Below are positions 12,181 to 29,200 of a DNA stretch of 64,000 nucleotides, piece after piece. The stretch covers positions 124,001 through 188,000 of the forward strand of contig CAUYUJ010000159.1 of the NCBI GenBank assembly GCA_963575745.1. Reading direction: 5' to 3'. Every line of letters starts with the position of its first letter. Positions within the stretch are counted from its first letter, which is position 1. Both the position numbers and the translations under genes were made by a program. The DNA comes from Prorocentrum cordatum (Eukaryota). Under the pieces are notes generated by a model that saw only the letters and a list, made by a program, of their open reading frames with translations, did no database searches and was not told the DNA's origin.

Positions 12181-13084
12181 CTGTAAACAGACCCCTCAAA
12201 GCGAGCAAGGCATCCCTTGGGCCAACTGCGTTTCTGGTCGAGGAGAGACCGATCAGCGGACACGACACATTGCACGACAGGGTCACGAATGCGAGCGGAA
12301 CGACGGGGGGGGGGGCCATGGTGCCAGTGTCCACCCGATTAATATGTTGCAAACATGTTCACTTTGTTGCCGCACACGCTCCCCCAGACTGATTAGCCGA
12401 ACCGAAACTGAAACTGAGGTAGTCACATGTTTCTGAGATCCGATCGTAGGGCTCTACGCTCCAGAAATGCATCGGTCCAGGAACGAGCACTGGTGGTCAC
12501 GCGTGATCCGCCTGGCATGCCGTGAGCCACCACGAACAAGCGCTAAGGCAAATGATGCAAACGCTAGGCATCTGCTCTTTAAGTCCTCCTCCCCGCACCG
12601 TGACCTTGATCCCCCCGTGTGCTCGTGCGTTACTTGGAGCTCAGTAGTTGAACTTGGCGTCGCATGACGGCCAGCTCGACAGATGCCTAGCAAAAAACCC
12701 GAGAGACGGCGTGCCTGCGCACAGACACACGGCACCGAGCGAGAGAGCTCTCGCGTTGAAATTGCCCCAAAGCTTGATCAGGCCTTCTACTGAGGCCTGT
12801 CCGCAACGAGTCGCTCCGAATATCTCTCAACCTCCCGCCGCGCGGACGAAATCTCAAGAAACCGTACCAAATCTCAAAATATTCTGAAAAATCTGACGGA
12901 TCTCAGGGCTCACCGGAGCTCACCGGTACTCACCGGTAATCGGTGAGGCGGTGAGGGGGGGGGCTCACCGGTCAAAACCGTGTGTTTTCACAGGTTTCGT
13001 GGGGGGCTCACCGGCTCACCGATGAGGCGGTGAGGGGGGGGGCTCACCGGTGCTCACCGGTAGCGGTGAGCCCTCATCCGCGCT

Positions 13085-13195
13085 GAGATTTTGAAAATCT
13101 GAGCCCCCGAACCGAGATTTTGAAAATCTGAACCCCCGAACCGAGATTTTTGAAAATCTGAGCCCCCGAACCGAGATTTTGAAAATCTGAGCACC
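13085..13195. repeat. Four tandem ~29-bp units GAGATTTTGAAAATCTGAGCCCCCGAACC
   Basis: Direct inspection; each unit contains the palindrome AGATTTT-G-AAAATCT. Confidence 0.85.
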
Positions 13196-13428
13196 CGCGT
13201 TGAACAAAAACACATCTCGGAATGAAATCGCTGCCCCCACCCCCATTTGCCCGCTGCTGGTGCGCCCTCCCGCCCCGCCTCCTGCCACATCCCCCCCTAT
13301 CATGCCCCTATCTTCCCTTCTCCTATCTTAAATGTGTCATTGCGAACAGGCATCAAGAACGAGATCGGCGCTGCATGCAACCAGCTAATGTATAGGATGA
13401 TGCAGCTGCATGCTGATCGCATCGCTGA

Positions 13429-16723
<3,295 letters not shown>

Positions 16724-17443
16724 GCTTGAGCCGCGAGGCTGTGCAGATGAGGCGGGGTGAAGGGAACTGTGAGAGCGGATTATATCTGGGTGCGACCTGA
16801 ACGCATCGGGATGGCTGGTACACACGCGCCCTCCCCCATTGTCCGCCTGGGGCTCCCCTCTCGAGCTCGCTCCACGGACGATACTGTGTGGTGGAGTCCG
16901 CCCTATTGTACACCTTAGGCGATGCTTAAGAAACCTTAAGTTTTCGGCCATAGCCTCGATTATTCTTAACGTTTCAATGTAAATCCTAAGAGTTTGATCG
17001 ATTTTTTGGGTTTTTATTCAAGTTCTGAGACCATTACTGTCTGAACCCATGATTTCTTACTCATTTCGCGTGGTGTAGTTCACGAGCGGTGTTCGACCAT
17101 CGCGTGTTTGCTTGCATGTTTAAGTTTTGAATTTCATATGGCCCTATTCTACAGACGTCATAGCTCGATCGTGTGCTTGTCTAGTGTGCGAGTTGTTTCA
17201 TAGTTCATGCCATGCTTCGTTGCTTTGTTTTACTCCTACCTGTATCTCGAAACTGCAGTTGCATGACCAGCAGTGCTCGGCTCGTCCAGCCGTCTGGACG
17301 CGATCGGGCAGCACGGCCAGGACGGCCAGAGGCGCGGTCAGCATGGCTTGACCAGCCACGCATTCGCTGCTCGAGTCGAGCGCCGCCCAACGAGCTGCAC
17401 GTACACATCCCATCTGCCCTCCCTCGAGTCGCCGTCGTAGTCA

Positions 17444-17481
<38 letters not shown>

Positions 17482-17575
17482 GTCGTCGGCGTCGGCGTCG
17501 GCGACTCGAGGGAGGCATTGCGTGAACGGCGCTGCAATGGCATGAGATAGACGAGCAAACCAACCAGCTTACTAA

Positions 17576-19414
17576 TTAAATCTGAAACGCTCCAAGAAAA
17601 CCAGCTCTGATCGGCGAGCTCGGTGGAACTGCATGCTCGCCTGCGGGGCTGGGCGGGCACGGAGAAGGCGCCCGCCGCGGCGGCGTCGCCGCTGGCGGCG
17701 GCGCCTCGGGCGTCGGGGCCGCCTCTGGTGGCACGCGCGCAGCTGGCCTCTTACCCGCCAAGTCGGCAGTGGTCGCCGCCGCTGGTGTCTTGCTAACCGC
17801 CCCCGCCTCATCGGCCTCGTACTCGCTGACCTCGTCCTCTGGCTCGTTGTCGTCGTCCTCGTTGCCACCAGGACGCGAGGAGCGATCATCGTTATCATCA
17901 TCACCGTCACGATCCTCGCCCTCGTCAGCGCCTGCAGCGGCATCGGCCTCAGCTGCCGCCGCCGCTGGCCGCTTCAGGGCAGCAGCTGGCCGCTTCATCT
18001 TCCGATCCTGCTTCCTGTCCTCGCTCAGCCACTTGCGCTTGTTGTCCTCGATGCCATCCTTGTCGATGCTGTTGGCGACGAACAGCTTCGCCTGCTCGGT
18101 CATGAAGACCTTGGCCGCCTCGACGTCCGAGTAGCCCGTCAGCTGCACCCGCTGGCTGGACCCCTCCCACAAGGTCACCCACTGCTTGCCCGACCTGTGG
18201 TTGTTGACGATCTTGACCTTCACCTCGGTGTCGCCTTTCATGCCGTCCCACACCGCCGTCTTGGCGCCGCTCTCCGCGGCCGCTGCATGATCGGCAGCAT
18301 CAACAGCCACGCCAGGCACCTTCTCGCGAATGCAACACTCTCCGGCATCCCCCCCTCCCTCCCTCCCTCCCTCCCTCCACCTCATCCTCCTCATTCCCTC
18401 CACATCATCCGTCTTCCCTCATCCTCTATCCCCCGAGACCTCGTTCTTCCAAAACCTCATTCCCTCATCCTCTATCCCCCGATTTTGGGTGGGGGAGCGG
18501 GGTTGCATCCAGGAAGAACCGTCCACTCGAACCCGTCGGGCCAGATCGCGCGCCAGCCGTCGTCCACCTTCTTCATGGTGCCGTACTCGGGGACACTGAC
18601 GCCATCCTTGATGCGCCACGCCGACTTGAGAGACGCACTCGCTTTTGGCGATGCCAGCCCTTCCCTCCGCCTCGCGCCCCCAGTGACCCGACCACATGCT
18701 CCGCTGCGGAGGGCGCGGTGGAGCCGAGGGTGCGGGGCGAGAGAGGTAGGGTTGGCACCGCCAGAAACTTGTGCCCCGTAGCCTTCAGCTCTTTCTCGTA
18801 CCCCAGCCGCCAGCCGTCCTCCTCCGCGATGTGCTTCAGCCCCGTGGCCGTCGCCTGCAGCACCTTCGGCTGCTTGCGCCTCTTGGCGGCGGGCTCATCC
18901 TTGCCGTCCTGTGACGGGCGCCGTGCAAACATCTACTGGGGTGGTCGGGGTGGATTGGGCGGAGGACGGATGGTGAACTTTGTCGAACGGTATTCACGAG
19001 ATGTACACCCTCAGGCGCACACACACACGCGCGCGCATTCGCGCACGCCACCTCGGAGCTCACCGACGCTCACCGCTCGCGGTGAGTTTCGGTGAGCTCT
19101 GAGGTGGCATCACGCGCGCAATCCATGGTATCATGGATCGCGCGGTGCGCGCGCGCGCATGTGCGCCCGTCGTCGTCGTCGTCGTCATCGTCGTCGTCTT
19201 CGTCGTCGTCGTCGTCGTCGGCGGCGTCGGCGTCGTCGGCGCCGTCGCCGTCGTCGTCGTCGTCGTCGTCCTCGTCGTCGTCGTCGTCGTCGTCGTCGCG
19301 TCGGAAAGTTGCGATTATTGCCCTAAAGTCCGTAGTGTCGCCATCCAAGAAGGCCTTCTGGGCCCACGTTGGCACTGGTTGCCTAGCGCGACGACGACGA
19401 CGACGACGACGACG

Positions 19415-19448
<34 letters not shown>

Positions 19449-20073
19449 ACCGCTGCCTCGATAGCGCTTTCTTCGCGTGCCGCAGCATGGCCCGCGCCAT
19501 CTTGGCGCGATCCGTGGCCCAATCCTCCTGGGTGTCCGCCAACTTCCAGACGTGCTCCTTGCTCGCCGCGACCCGCAGGAAGACGTCCTGGGGCGCACAC
19601 TTGCCCAACTCCAGCTCACCGCGCATTCCGTCGAGCAGGGATGGGGCTCACCGAAGTTCACCGCCAGCGGTGAACTTCGGTGAGCCCCGCCCCCTGCCTG
19701 ACGGAATGAACGCGGAGGCTGTGTGGCTTTCGCATCTCCTCACCCTGACCCCTCCAACTCCTCCTACTGATCCGTCGGGTTCACCCCGTCATCCTCCGCC
19801 CTCGCCTTTCCTCCACCCTTCCCCGCTCGTCATGTCTCCTAATCCTCTGACGACTCCACCAGTATTCCACCGTACTCCCCCGTCCTCGCCCTCTCCCTCT
19901 CACACCTCCGCCACTCCGCATCCTCCCAACCCCCTCTCCTTGGCAGTCTTCTGCGACACGCCGCCCGTCTGGACGATGGGGCGGGTCTCGTTGATGAATG
20001 CGCTGTACTTCACCAGCGCGTCCTGCTGCATCTCGTCATCGAGCTCCGTAGTGTACTCTAACCTCGGCTGCCA

Positions 20074-20111
<38 letters not shown>

Positions 20112-20158
20112 CCGACGACGACGACGATGACGACGACGACGACGACGACGACGACGAA

Positions 20159-20231
<73 letters not shown>

Positions 20232-20349
20232 TCGCTTCCCGTCGGAACCATTCGGCCGTCTCGACGTGCTTCGACCACGCGGCGAAGAGTCGGTCGTCGT
20301 CCACCGACGATTTCGGCCGCGGCGGGGCCTGTGTCCCCTTGGGTGGCAT
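17576..20349 (-). CDS. Uncharacterised multi-exon cargo gene A of the transposon (about 6-7 exons; KRPAA-type basic motifs and acidic tail)
   Basis: Coding-like segments MPPKGTQ..EWFR, LEYTTELDD..QKTAK, QDVFLRV..KKALS, MFARR..KELKA, AWRIKDG..AIWPDGFEWTV, VPGVAVD..MKRPAAALKRPAA.., separated by (GTC)n- or hairpin-containing introns. Exact junctions not all resolved. Confidence 0.62.
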
Positions 20350-20765
20350 GCCCCCTGTAGGCGCCAGGACCGCTCGCGAATAAACGAGCTGCGAATGAGG
20401 TGGAGGGGGGAGCAGGAGGAATAGGAGTAGACGCAGTATGGGAGAAATGAGAGGACCCGTGACGAAAATATGATCGTGGTGGAAGACGACGGATGGGAGG
20501 AGAAGGAAGGGACGATTACAGTATCATGATTAGCTCGGCATCGTTTCCGTGGTCGGTAAGAGACGAGGACGGATGAGGACGAGACAAATCATGCGGAGGA
20601 GGACGAGAACATAGAGGGGAGTCAAACAAACGAGATTGAGCACGACAGACTTCGCGCACGCCTTAAGTTCTAGCGTTTGCTATGTTGTTTTCTAGAAGTT
20701 GTAGGTCGGGACTATTTATATACATGGGGACTAAAAAAATAATCCGGAGTTTATGTTGTGTGTCG

Positions 20766-20797
20766 GGACTAAAAAATAGTCCTTTCAGACCTCTGGG
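20766..20797 (-). repeat. Right terminal inverted repeat
   Basis: ggactaaaaaatagtcctttcagacctctggg; subterminal gggacta repeats at ~20706-20750. Confidence 0.92.
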
Positions 20798-21870
20798 AGC
20801 CCTTGGAACTCCCACCCTGCCTGCTCCGCCCAACGCGGGGAATCTGCCGCGGGCGCCCCGGCCCTGGGCGCCCATCCTGCATTGGGGGTAGATTCTCAAC
20901 ATGCCCCTGGGAGTGCCCGAAGCTGAGGCGCAGTTCCTTCGGGCCCAGGGCGTCCAGGGCCTTGATCTGGGCATCCGCGGTCACCCACCACTCGCGGCGG
21001 CATCTCCCGAGGGTCGCGCAGGCGCAGCGCAGCAGGTCAGCTGGCGGCTCGAACGGCCGGCGGACCTCGACGTCGGCGCCGGTTGACCACGCGCCCGCAG
21101 GCGCGCCGCCTGCACCAGCAACTTCTGGAGCTCCTGCAGCGAATGCCCCTGGATCTCCTCGCCACGACAGGCTGGCGGTTCGACGCGGCGCGTGCATAGC
21201 TAGACTGTCATGAGCTTCCCGCGTTTGCGACCCCCCTTGCGACTGATGTTTGGAAGGCGATTCAGGTTGTCTTTCCAGCGTTTCGCCCTCGTGGCCCTGC
21301 GCCCCCCGAGGCCCATGCCTTGCCATCGCGGCAGTCCACGCCCACGTTGACAACTGAATCCTCGATAGTTCCAAGGAGTTCCCGAAGAGCCTGCGGAGCC
21401 TGTTCCAATGCCGCATGACGGCCAGCTGCGAGGTTGAATTTTTTCGCGGGGATCGGGTGCCCCAGGGCGCACATGAACACATGTGAAACTCTGCCTGCCA
21501 AATCTGCCAGACAATTCAAGCGCCCCCCCCGCCGCGCTGCCGACCGAGTCGAACGAGATATCGTCGATGTGAATCGAATGCGCGTGCCGTCATCGATCGC
21601 GGCGTCGTGAACCGTCGGGGTCATGCAGACTTGAACTTCAAAAATCGCAGTGGTCGAGCCTGCTACTGCGCCGCGACTCGGCGTGATCGGTTCGCCCGCG
21701 GCATTGTCCATGAGCGGGCGCCTCGACCTGCGAACCCAGTGAAGCTCGCAGGGCGAGCAGTGGGACATCGCATCTGGCTCCTTCTGTCAGCAACGTGCGA
21801 TGGCTGATGCGCTCGCGACACCTTTTCAATTCTGCAAGAAGAATCGCTGCATCCCTGCCTGTGTGGTCGG
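20798..21870 (-). pseudogene. Reverse-transcriptase region of the same decayed LINE as 3650-5215
   Basis: ILLAELKRCRERISH (RT motif A-like, ~21790-21850), RGAVAGS (~21655-21680), HIDD (~21560-21572), VNVGVD (~21335-21352), GWEFQG at the transposon junction. Confidence 0.75.
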
Positions 21871-22499
21871 CGATGTCCGGCCGCGCGGCCGCCCCCCGAG
21901 CGCCGCCCGTGGCGCGGCGGCGCGGGGCCGCGTTAAAATGCTTCGGCTCAGCAGAGCCCCCCCCCCCCCCCCCCTCCCACCCTCGGCAATGACGAGCAAG
22001 ACTCTTTGAATAGACTCTGCTGAAGCTCTCGAAGAAGCCCGCGGGCCCCCCGCCGCCCGCTGCACCCCGGAGAAAGCAACGAACAGCTCCTTCAAAGCGG
22101 TCGGGCTGCCCCCGGCGACGCCCACGTTGAACGGCCCCGCGCGCGACCCCCAGAGCCCCCATCGGAAAGCCTCGGGGCGGGTCGGGGATTGCAGCCGTCA
22201 GCCGCCGTCGTGAATGGCTTGAGACTAAACGAAATCTCACGCATTTGATCCGGAGAGGGGCCCGCGGGGGCCCTGTAGTCGGCCCGCGGGGGGCCCTGAG
22301 GAGGGCGCCCCAGGGGCGTGCGCACCCCGGGCCGAAGCCCAGATGTCGCGCTGTTCTTGGAAGCTCAAGCCAAAAACATATGCGCGAGCTCCGTCGGCAT
22401 GCTGAACTGCATCTCCGACGCATCCCGCTGATGCCCCCGTGCTGCCGCGCCCTCTGATAGCTCCCCCAGCGAAGGCTTCCTCGCGCCAATCCTCCCACC

Positions 22500-24500
22500 T
22501 CTCGGCGGCCTCCGTCCTCACTTCATATTATGCATGTTCATGAAACCTTCAGAAACAGACACCCAAGCCCCCGCAGCTCTGGCGATGCAGTTCGGGCCGC
22601 GGTCGGAGAGGCCAAGTTCGGCCAGCTCGGCGCACGGGCGCGCCAGAACTCGCTGCGGCTCTTCCGCGAGGTCCTGAGCGGGCCTCCTCTCGCTGGAAGC
22701 TGTAGCGCATGGTTGGCAAGATCGTCAAACTGCTTCGAGCTGTCTCGGCTGATAAGGCTTTCTCTTCTAACCGCCGAATGGCCCGGGAAACGCGCCGACT
22801 CTCGCCGAGCAAAGGGCACCTGAAAGCGATGTGCACTTCGGGAAGCCTAGTCGTCTCGAAACTGCAGGGTCGGCCACCTTCGCGGCCAGGCTGGTCTGGA
22901 CAACGAAACTTGTCTTCGAGTTCCCCCCAAGTCCGGGATGTCCAGGCAGGATGGGCTCTGCCCGGAAAAACCTGGAACACTGCGCGCTCTCTTGGCGGGT
23001 ATGCTCTGGAATGTGACAACCCATTGCGCCCGAGTGTCCTTCATGCAAACTGGCTTGCGCGAAAGGATGTTTGCATTCTCTTATATTTTTCCAGGCTAGC
23101 GAAGCGGAAAGCCAGCTTAGTGCGCACAATGGAATAGTCGATCGTAGTCCTGTTGTGCCCGATGATCCACGACGACATGAAAGCGCGTAAATCTCTCCAT
23201 CGCACTTATCAAGTCTCGTGCGCCTGCTGGGTCTCAGGGTTTACGCTGAAATCGTCACCCGCGACGGAGGGAACTCCCAAGCGAAGAACGTGAGACCCAA
23301 TACTCTTGGATGGCCCCAACTTGGCCCGTCCAGGACCTGTAGGGTCTATCCAATAATTACAATATCGATTTCCCATTTCAGAGCTCCGGGCTCTCAGAAA
23401 AAAAAAAGGCGTGTACTATCCTACCAGGAGCCAAGACATCTGCTGAGACTGATGATTGCCGAGGATCTAGATGTCTCCGTACTAGGATGGCCACCACCTT
23501 GAATTACGTTTCTGGGCGCTTGGGCGCTTAAGGTGTGATGAGCATATGGAACATGAGGATCTATGCGTCTGTGCTCCTGCAAACCAGTCGCGTCTATGGA
23601 CTTCGGCGCACTAGATAACCAAGTGCCGTCTTACACGGTGACGTGCTGGCTGAAAGAAAAGTGAAGTGGCGGCCGCCCCCGCGGCTTTTCCTGCGAGACC
23701 TGTGCAGGGGCCTTGACTGGAGGAGTCTTGGGGGTTTGGCCTGAGGATGCTAGCTCACGGGTGGACGGGGGAGACCTCGACCTGCCTCCTGCGTTTCCTC
23801 CCCCATTTTCGCCTCCTGCGGGACGTCGCTGGGTGTCCTCGGGGAGGTAGGTCCAGTGGCACATCCACTCCATCGTCTGGAACTTCGATGCATCTCCGTG
23901 AGCTGCTTGAGCATCGCTGCCAACTCGGTCAGCTTGTCGGATGCTACGACGCTGACTTTCCGCTTGCATGCCGCCGGCAGTGCAGCAGAAGGCACATCAT
24001 CAAGACTATGCGACTCATGGGGGTCCTGCACTGCTGGCACTGCTCTGGCCGCACCTGTTGCTCTCTCGGCTCCATCGACATTGATATTGGTCTCCGCGAT
24101 GGCTGCTTCATCCTGTTTGGCAAGAGCCTCCTGCTGCTCAAGGTGTTGGCGGGCATTGACCACTCTGAGCTGGCACATGCGTAATTATTCCTCATGCTTC
24201 TCGAGCTGCTTCTGGTGTTTGGTCTTCTTGTCTGCAGCGGCTTGGAGCTGGGTGGGGTTACGCGAAGCGTCTATAATTTGCGCGAACCTCGAGTCCAAGA
24301 CAGGACGCACCTCACCACTGGCCAGGCGCCCCGCCCCCAGGGACCCTTCCCTGCAATGAAGTCCGCCGCCCTCCCGCCGCATCGGATCTCCACGAACTCC
24401 AGCCACTGCGGCCCCCATCCCCGCAACGGCCACCGCGGGATGGGGCCGCAGCCAAGCCGGCACGCAGCAACGCCACCCGATGGGGCGGGACGCCACCGTG
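22500..24500 (-). pseudogene. Highly decayed LINE 5' region (ORF1 coiled-coil remnants and endonuclease)
   Basis: VAILVRRHL (~23465-23495), IDYSIVR (~23122-23142), helical ORF1-like fragments at 23750-24330. Many stops and frameshifts. Confidence 0.45.
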
Positions 24501-25119
24501 CTAATTTTTGAGAACAGTGAGCGATAAGTCCTCATTCTGATGAGGGGGCTTTCCGGGCCACGGCGAGCCTCGGCTTCGAGCGGGCTCTCCGACCCAGACC
24601 AGAGGAATGGCCCGACGACCAGAGCCCCTCCTGCACCACCCAGCAATGGGGAACGACGAGCAAAGAACGAGGGGGCGTCTCGCGCCACGGCGAGCCACGG
24701 CCTCGAGAAGGTTCCTCGACCCAGATCTAAGGAACGGCCCGACAACCAGAGCCCCTCCTGAACCACAGGTGGTCTTTGTTTCAGCGTCCTGACTGCAGGG
24801 ATTAGCTCGGGCCTGTCCCCCTACAGGCCGATTTGGGAGAAAGACTGGAAAAATAGTAAACGTACTCCAAAAGAGCCAAAACTAGTCGAACCGTCGTCCC
24901 CCAAAAAAATCCTGTAAACTATTTTTGAATAATGCTCCTGTAGAAGGACATGCCCGACTTAAACTTCGGTTTTTGCTGTTTTGACTCACTGCTTCGCTCT
25001 CTCTGGGCCTCTGGAAAAGGGGGCTTCTCGCGGCCACGGCCGGATCTGGCTAGACAAATCCTGGTCGGAAAACGCAGGCCGGAACAGGTCCAGGGGCCGG
25101 CTTTGGACTCCCAGGAAGA

Positions 25120-25370
25120 GGGGGAGGAGGAGGAGGAGGAGGAGGAGGAGGAGGAGGAGGAGGAGGAGGAGGAGGAAGAGGAGGAGGAGGAGGAGGAGGA
25201 GGAGGAGGAGGAGGAGCAGGAGCAGGAGGAGGAGAAGGAGGAGGAAAAAGAGGAAGAGGAGGGAGGAGGGAGGAGGGGGAGGAGAGAAAAGAGAGGAGGA
25301 AGGAAGCAAGGAGGAGGAGGAAGAGGAGGAGGAGGAGAAAGAGGATGAGGAGGACGAAGAGGAGGAGGCC
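25120..25370. repeat. (GAG)n microsatellite
   Basis: Direct inspection. Confidence 0.95.
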
Positions 25371-26299
25371 CAGACGAAAACGGGGTGCTCTGGGACAGGG
25401 AGCAAAGCGTGGAGGAGGAACTGGGACTATGGACTATGGACTATGGATTGGCCTGCTTCCGAAGAGGCAGGTCCGAATAGAGAAGAATGTGAAACACACA
25501 GGCGGTGGCTGCCGCTTCAGGCAGCAGGCGGAACAAAGCAAGGGCCGCACGTGCCGACAAAAATGACCCCTTTTACCACGCCGGCGTCAAAAATATCGCA
25601 TTCAATATCGCATCATAGTTGTGGAGGCCGTCGCCGTCGAGCAGCTGACCGTGTGAAGCTGGCAAGGTGGGGAACCCACTCAGGCTGGGGGTCCACAGCA
25701 GCTAAATCCCCTAACTCGTGATACAGTCGGAGAGTGGCAGGGACGGCAGGTCCCAGCGAAACATTGCGCTTAGGGTCAAGCCCGCCCAGCAGGCGGCCCA
25801 ATCGATCGCGGCCTGCTCTGGAAGCCGCTTTGCGCAAACACTGGCGAGACAAATGTGACACATTTGTCGAAGAATGCGACCCGCAAAATTTACAAAATAT
25901 GTAGAAAGGCCGGCTTTCATTACAGTATGTCCCGTGCCGTGCGGGGCGGGACGAAGGAGTTTTGCTAAGGCATGTTTATGGCGGCGCGTTTGGGTCGGTG
26001 GGTGGGAAACCACATCAAACGTGTTCCGCGTTCGAGTGATAAACACACGCAGCTCCAGACAGCGTTCCTTGCACCATTCGGCGCCAAAGAGCGGCGCGTG
26101 TACAGAGAAGGGTGCCTGTCAGCGGAGCACAGTTTTCGTACAACCCGTCCCCCGAGCGCGTCGTCCAAGAGGAGGGCAACGAACACCTGCTGCGAGCGAG
26201 CTAAGCCACGAGACCGCCGCCTTTCGGAAAACCAGCAGGTACCGATACGGCTACTCCCCAGACCACTCCTGGGGCGCGTTCTGACCAGGATTTCGAAGC

Positions 26300-29200
26300 G
26301 AATCCAGCCGTGGCGACGAAGGCCTCCGCGCTCACTCAAGCCACGCGTCCAGCAGGGCGCGTCGGTACGAAAACCCCAGTGGGCCATCACAGGGAAAGCA
26401 GGATTCGGGCGCGTGTGCGGCGTAGAGCAGCGCGGCGAAAGGGCCATGGGGGGGGGCGGATGGAGGCGAGGGCGAGGAAGAGGACGAAGCAGGGAAATAC
26501 ACAATCAACCAGCTGGGCATGGACTGCCACATGCGCCATGGAACGCCAAACGTGCCACATGTCCAGCGAATAGTGCGACGAGCGCCACGGAAGCCTCATG
26601 GGTTATGCGATTCCTCCAGCTCTCTGTCGACAGAATGGGGCCATTGTTGTCTGGGTCTGCCTCTCTGTCTGCGATCGGCCCTATTTAGGGGAGCGCCTCC
26701 TTCGTCGCGCGCGAGGTATTTGACAAGCGAATTGCGATCCTGGAACACGATCTCGCGGTCGACCCGACATCGTCGATCGTGCAACGTGTCGAAGAGGGGC
26801 TGGGAGCCAGCAGGCCGAGAGCAGCGGCGTTCGATGCCCTCGAGCAATAAGCACGCGTGATGCGCGATACTTCGCGCAGGCATTTGCAATGAAGAGATCC
26901 ACGTCGCTGCTTGTCGTGCTTCAACCATCGTAACTTACTAAATGAATACAACAATATGCTGATAACGCAGCTGATGTATATGCGTTGCTCCCCTGTGCTG
27001 CAAACTGAATATTGGCTCCAAACTCAGGGCAGCTCTTGAAATACAGCACTGCTTTCGCCCAGTCGTCGATGAAGCTCGCGCCGCGCGCGGCGATCGCTGG
27101 TAATCGCGCCTCCAAAATGTATCACTTGATTGGCGATGTCGACGGGTTCTTCGGTTGGTCTCGTCGCGAAGCTGCTGGTCGAGACTTGACTTTGCACTGC
27201 TGTCCCAATTTAACGCCCCTCCAAGACGATAGCTCTCAACGGCGCTTGGGTGTGATCCGCGCGCTTTGAAATCGCAGCTGCGCCGCCCGCGCGCGGCGCC
27301 CCGCGACAACGCGCGCGCCGGCTCGCGTTGAAGGTGCAGCTCAGGAAGAAAAACACATAGTGGAACATGACTGCTTGAACAGCGATGAACAAATAGGTGA
27401 ATAGAGGATAGAGGGCGCCCCTGCGCTGCGCCGGCAGCCTGTCGTCGTTCAATGGAACGCCCGCCGTGATCGACAACGGCGAAGAAGCGTTCCGCGCAAA
27501 TTCCTTCGACCGCCCGCGCCGCGAGGAGCGGGGCCCCAAATCGCACCAAAACTCCACTCAAACATTGCAGCTTCAGCCTGCAAGCTGTCGCCCAGTCGCG
27601 GAAAGCCACCAGAACGCCGCCGCCGTCCTCGAGGATAGCAGCGCCCACCGTTCGCCCGACTGCCATGAGGGCGTCTGCCGCGCCTCGCCGAGGGCGGGGG
27701 CCAAACTGCCAGCTGCGCATCCAGTCCTCGGCCTCTCCTCGCCATGGCCTCTGATGGATCATTGTAGGCAGGGCTTTGCGTCCAACTGCCAAAGGAGAGA
27801 TTGCGCGGCGATTGCGCGGCAAAGTGATCCCTTCTTGAACAATAGAATGACGTTCGCTCTTCTCCATGTGCATGGCGCGCTCTTGACCCCCCTGCACTGG
27901 AGACAAGACTAAACAACGCGCATGCATCCTCATCTCGAGATGGCGCCCCCCCAGAATCTGGAGGGGCGCCATCAGAAACTGCCGATTATTTCCACGCTTC
28001 ATCTTCTTCAAGGCGCGACGTGGCTCTTCCAACGTCAGAGCCGACATCGCCGCCGGCACGTCGCCCGCGAGGGCATCTGGGGCGGCAAGGGGGGCATCTG
28101 CGAACCCGACGCCCCGCTGAACCATCTCAAGATAGGATGCTAAGGCGTCTGGGCGGCCCGCTGCGTCCGCGAGGTCGCTGTTCAGATCTCGCGCCCCAGG
28201 TTGTTCGGCTCGAGACTGACTCCGGAGATGTACTGCGGCCTCCCAGCTCTCGCCCATCATGTTCTCGTTGATCCACTCGGCACGGGCTTTTTTTAGCTGC
28301 TGTCCGGATTGCCCTGTTCAAGATTCGCCCGCGAAGGCGGTCCTCGCTGCGCCGGCAAGTACCGCGGCCAATGCCGAAAGCGATGCCCAGCGCTGCTCGG
28401 CTCGAGTTGCCCTGGCTGGTAGCGCATTTGATGCTGCTGCAATGGCCTGCTGAACATGCGTAGCTACGTCGTCGAGTTTCCCGTCTGTCGTTCGCGACGC
28501 TGCCGAGTCCCTGCAGAAATCCCGCGCACATTCCCCCTTCGCGCATGGGCCCCGCACCGGCGATGCATCGGCGCGAACCGTTACATATGAAAATTGGGAG
28601 CGCGTCGCTACTTGCGCCAAGAAGTGGCGACTGTTAAGAACCGCCTTCCTGTCGGCCCTGCGACCCAGAATTCACGGTGGCGCTGCTCCGTGGCAGAGCG
28701 CGCGGCCAATCTGTTTGAAGCTCTGCTGCGCGACTGCATCCAGAAGGTGGGCCGCGAAGTCTCGGTAGGCACCTCGCTGCTCAGCCGGCATTCGGATGCG
28801 CGCGCTGGCAAGTGCCATGTCACTTGAAACGCAGCGCCCCATCAAAAGCCGCCCGTTCGATATCTGTCGCTGCGCCCTCTGGCAGGGCGCACATTGCGCG
28901 CCCGCTGATAAATGCCCCCCCCGGGGATGCGCCGATATAGCTTCGCGTTGAAGTCGCCGAAGACCAACGTCGCACTGCGCGACGTCGCGCGATTCGTCGC
29001 TGCCCCTAGCTCTGAGAAGAAAGCCTGCCGACGATCGCAAATGCGCCCACTATGCGGAGCACAACCAGTGATATTGCGTCCAAGACGTCGTGCTGGACGC
29101 GCGCTCGCGCGCGTGCCAATCTCGGCGGCGTGGCGCGGATATCTACCACATATCGGCGCACCCACGGAGCAGCGATAAACCCCGCGCATGCATCAGAAGG

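Noticed and set aside
22210..22375. Short SL-like fragments (gtctcaagccatt on minus; gctcaagcc on plus)
   Set aside because: Matches are too short and gapped to distinguish from chance.
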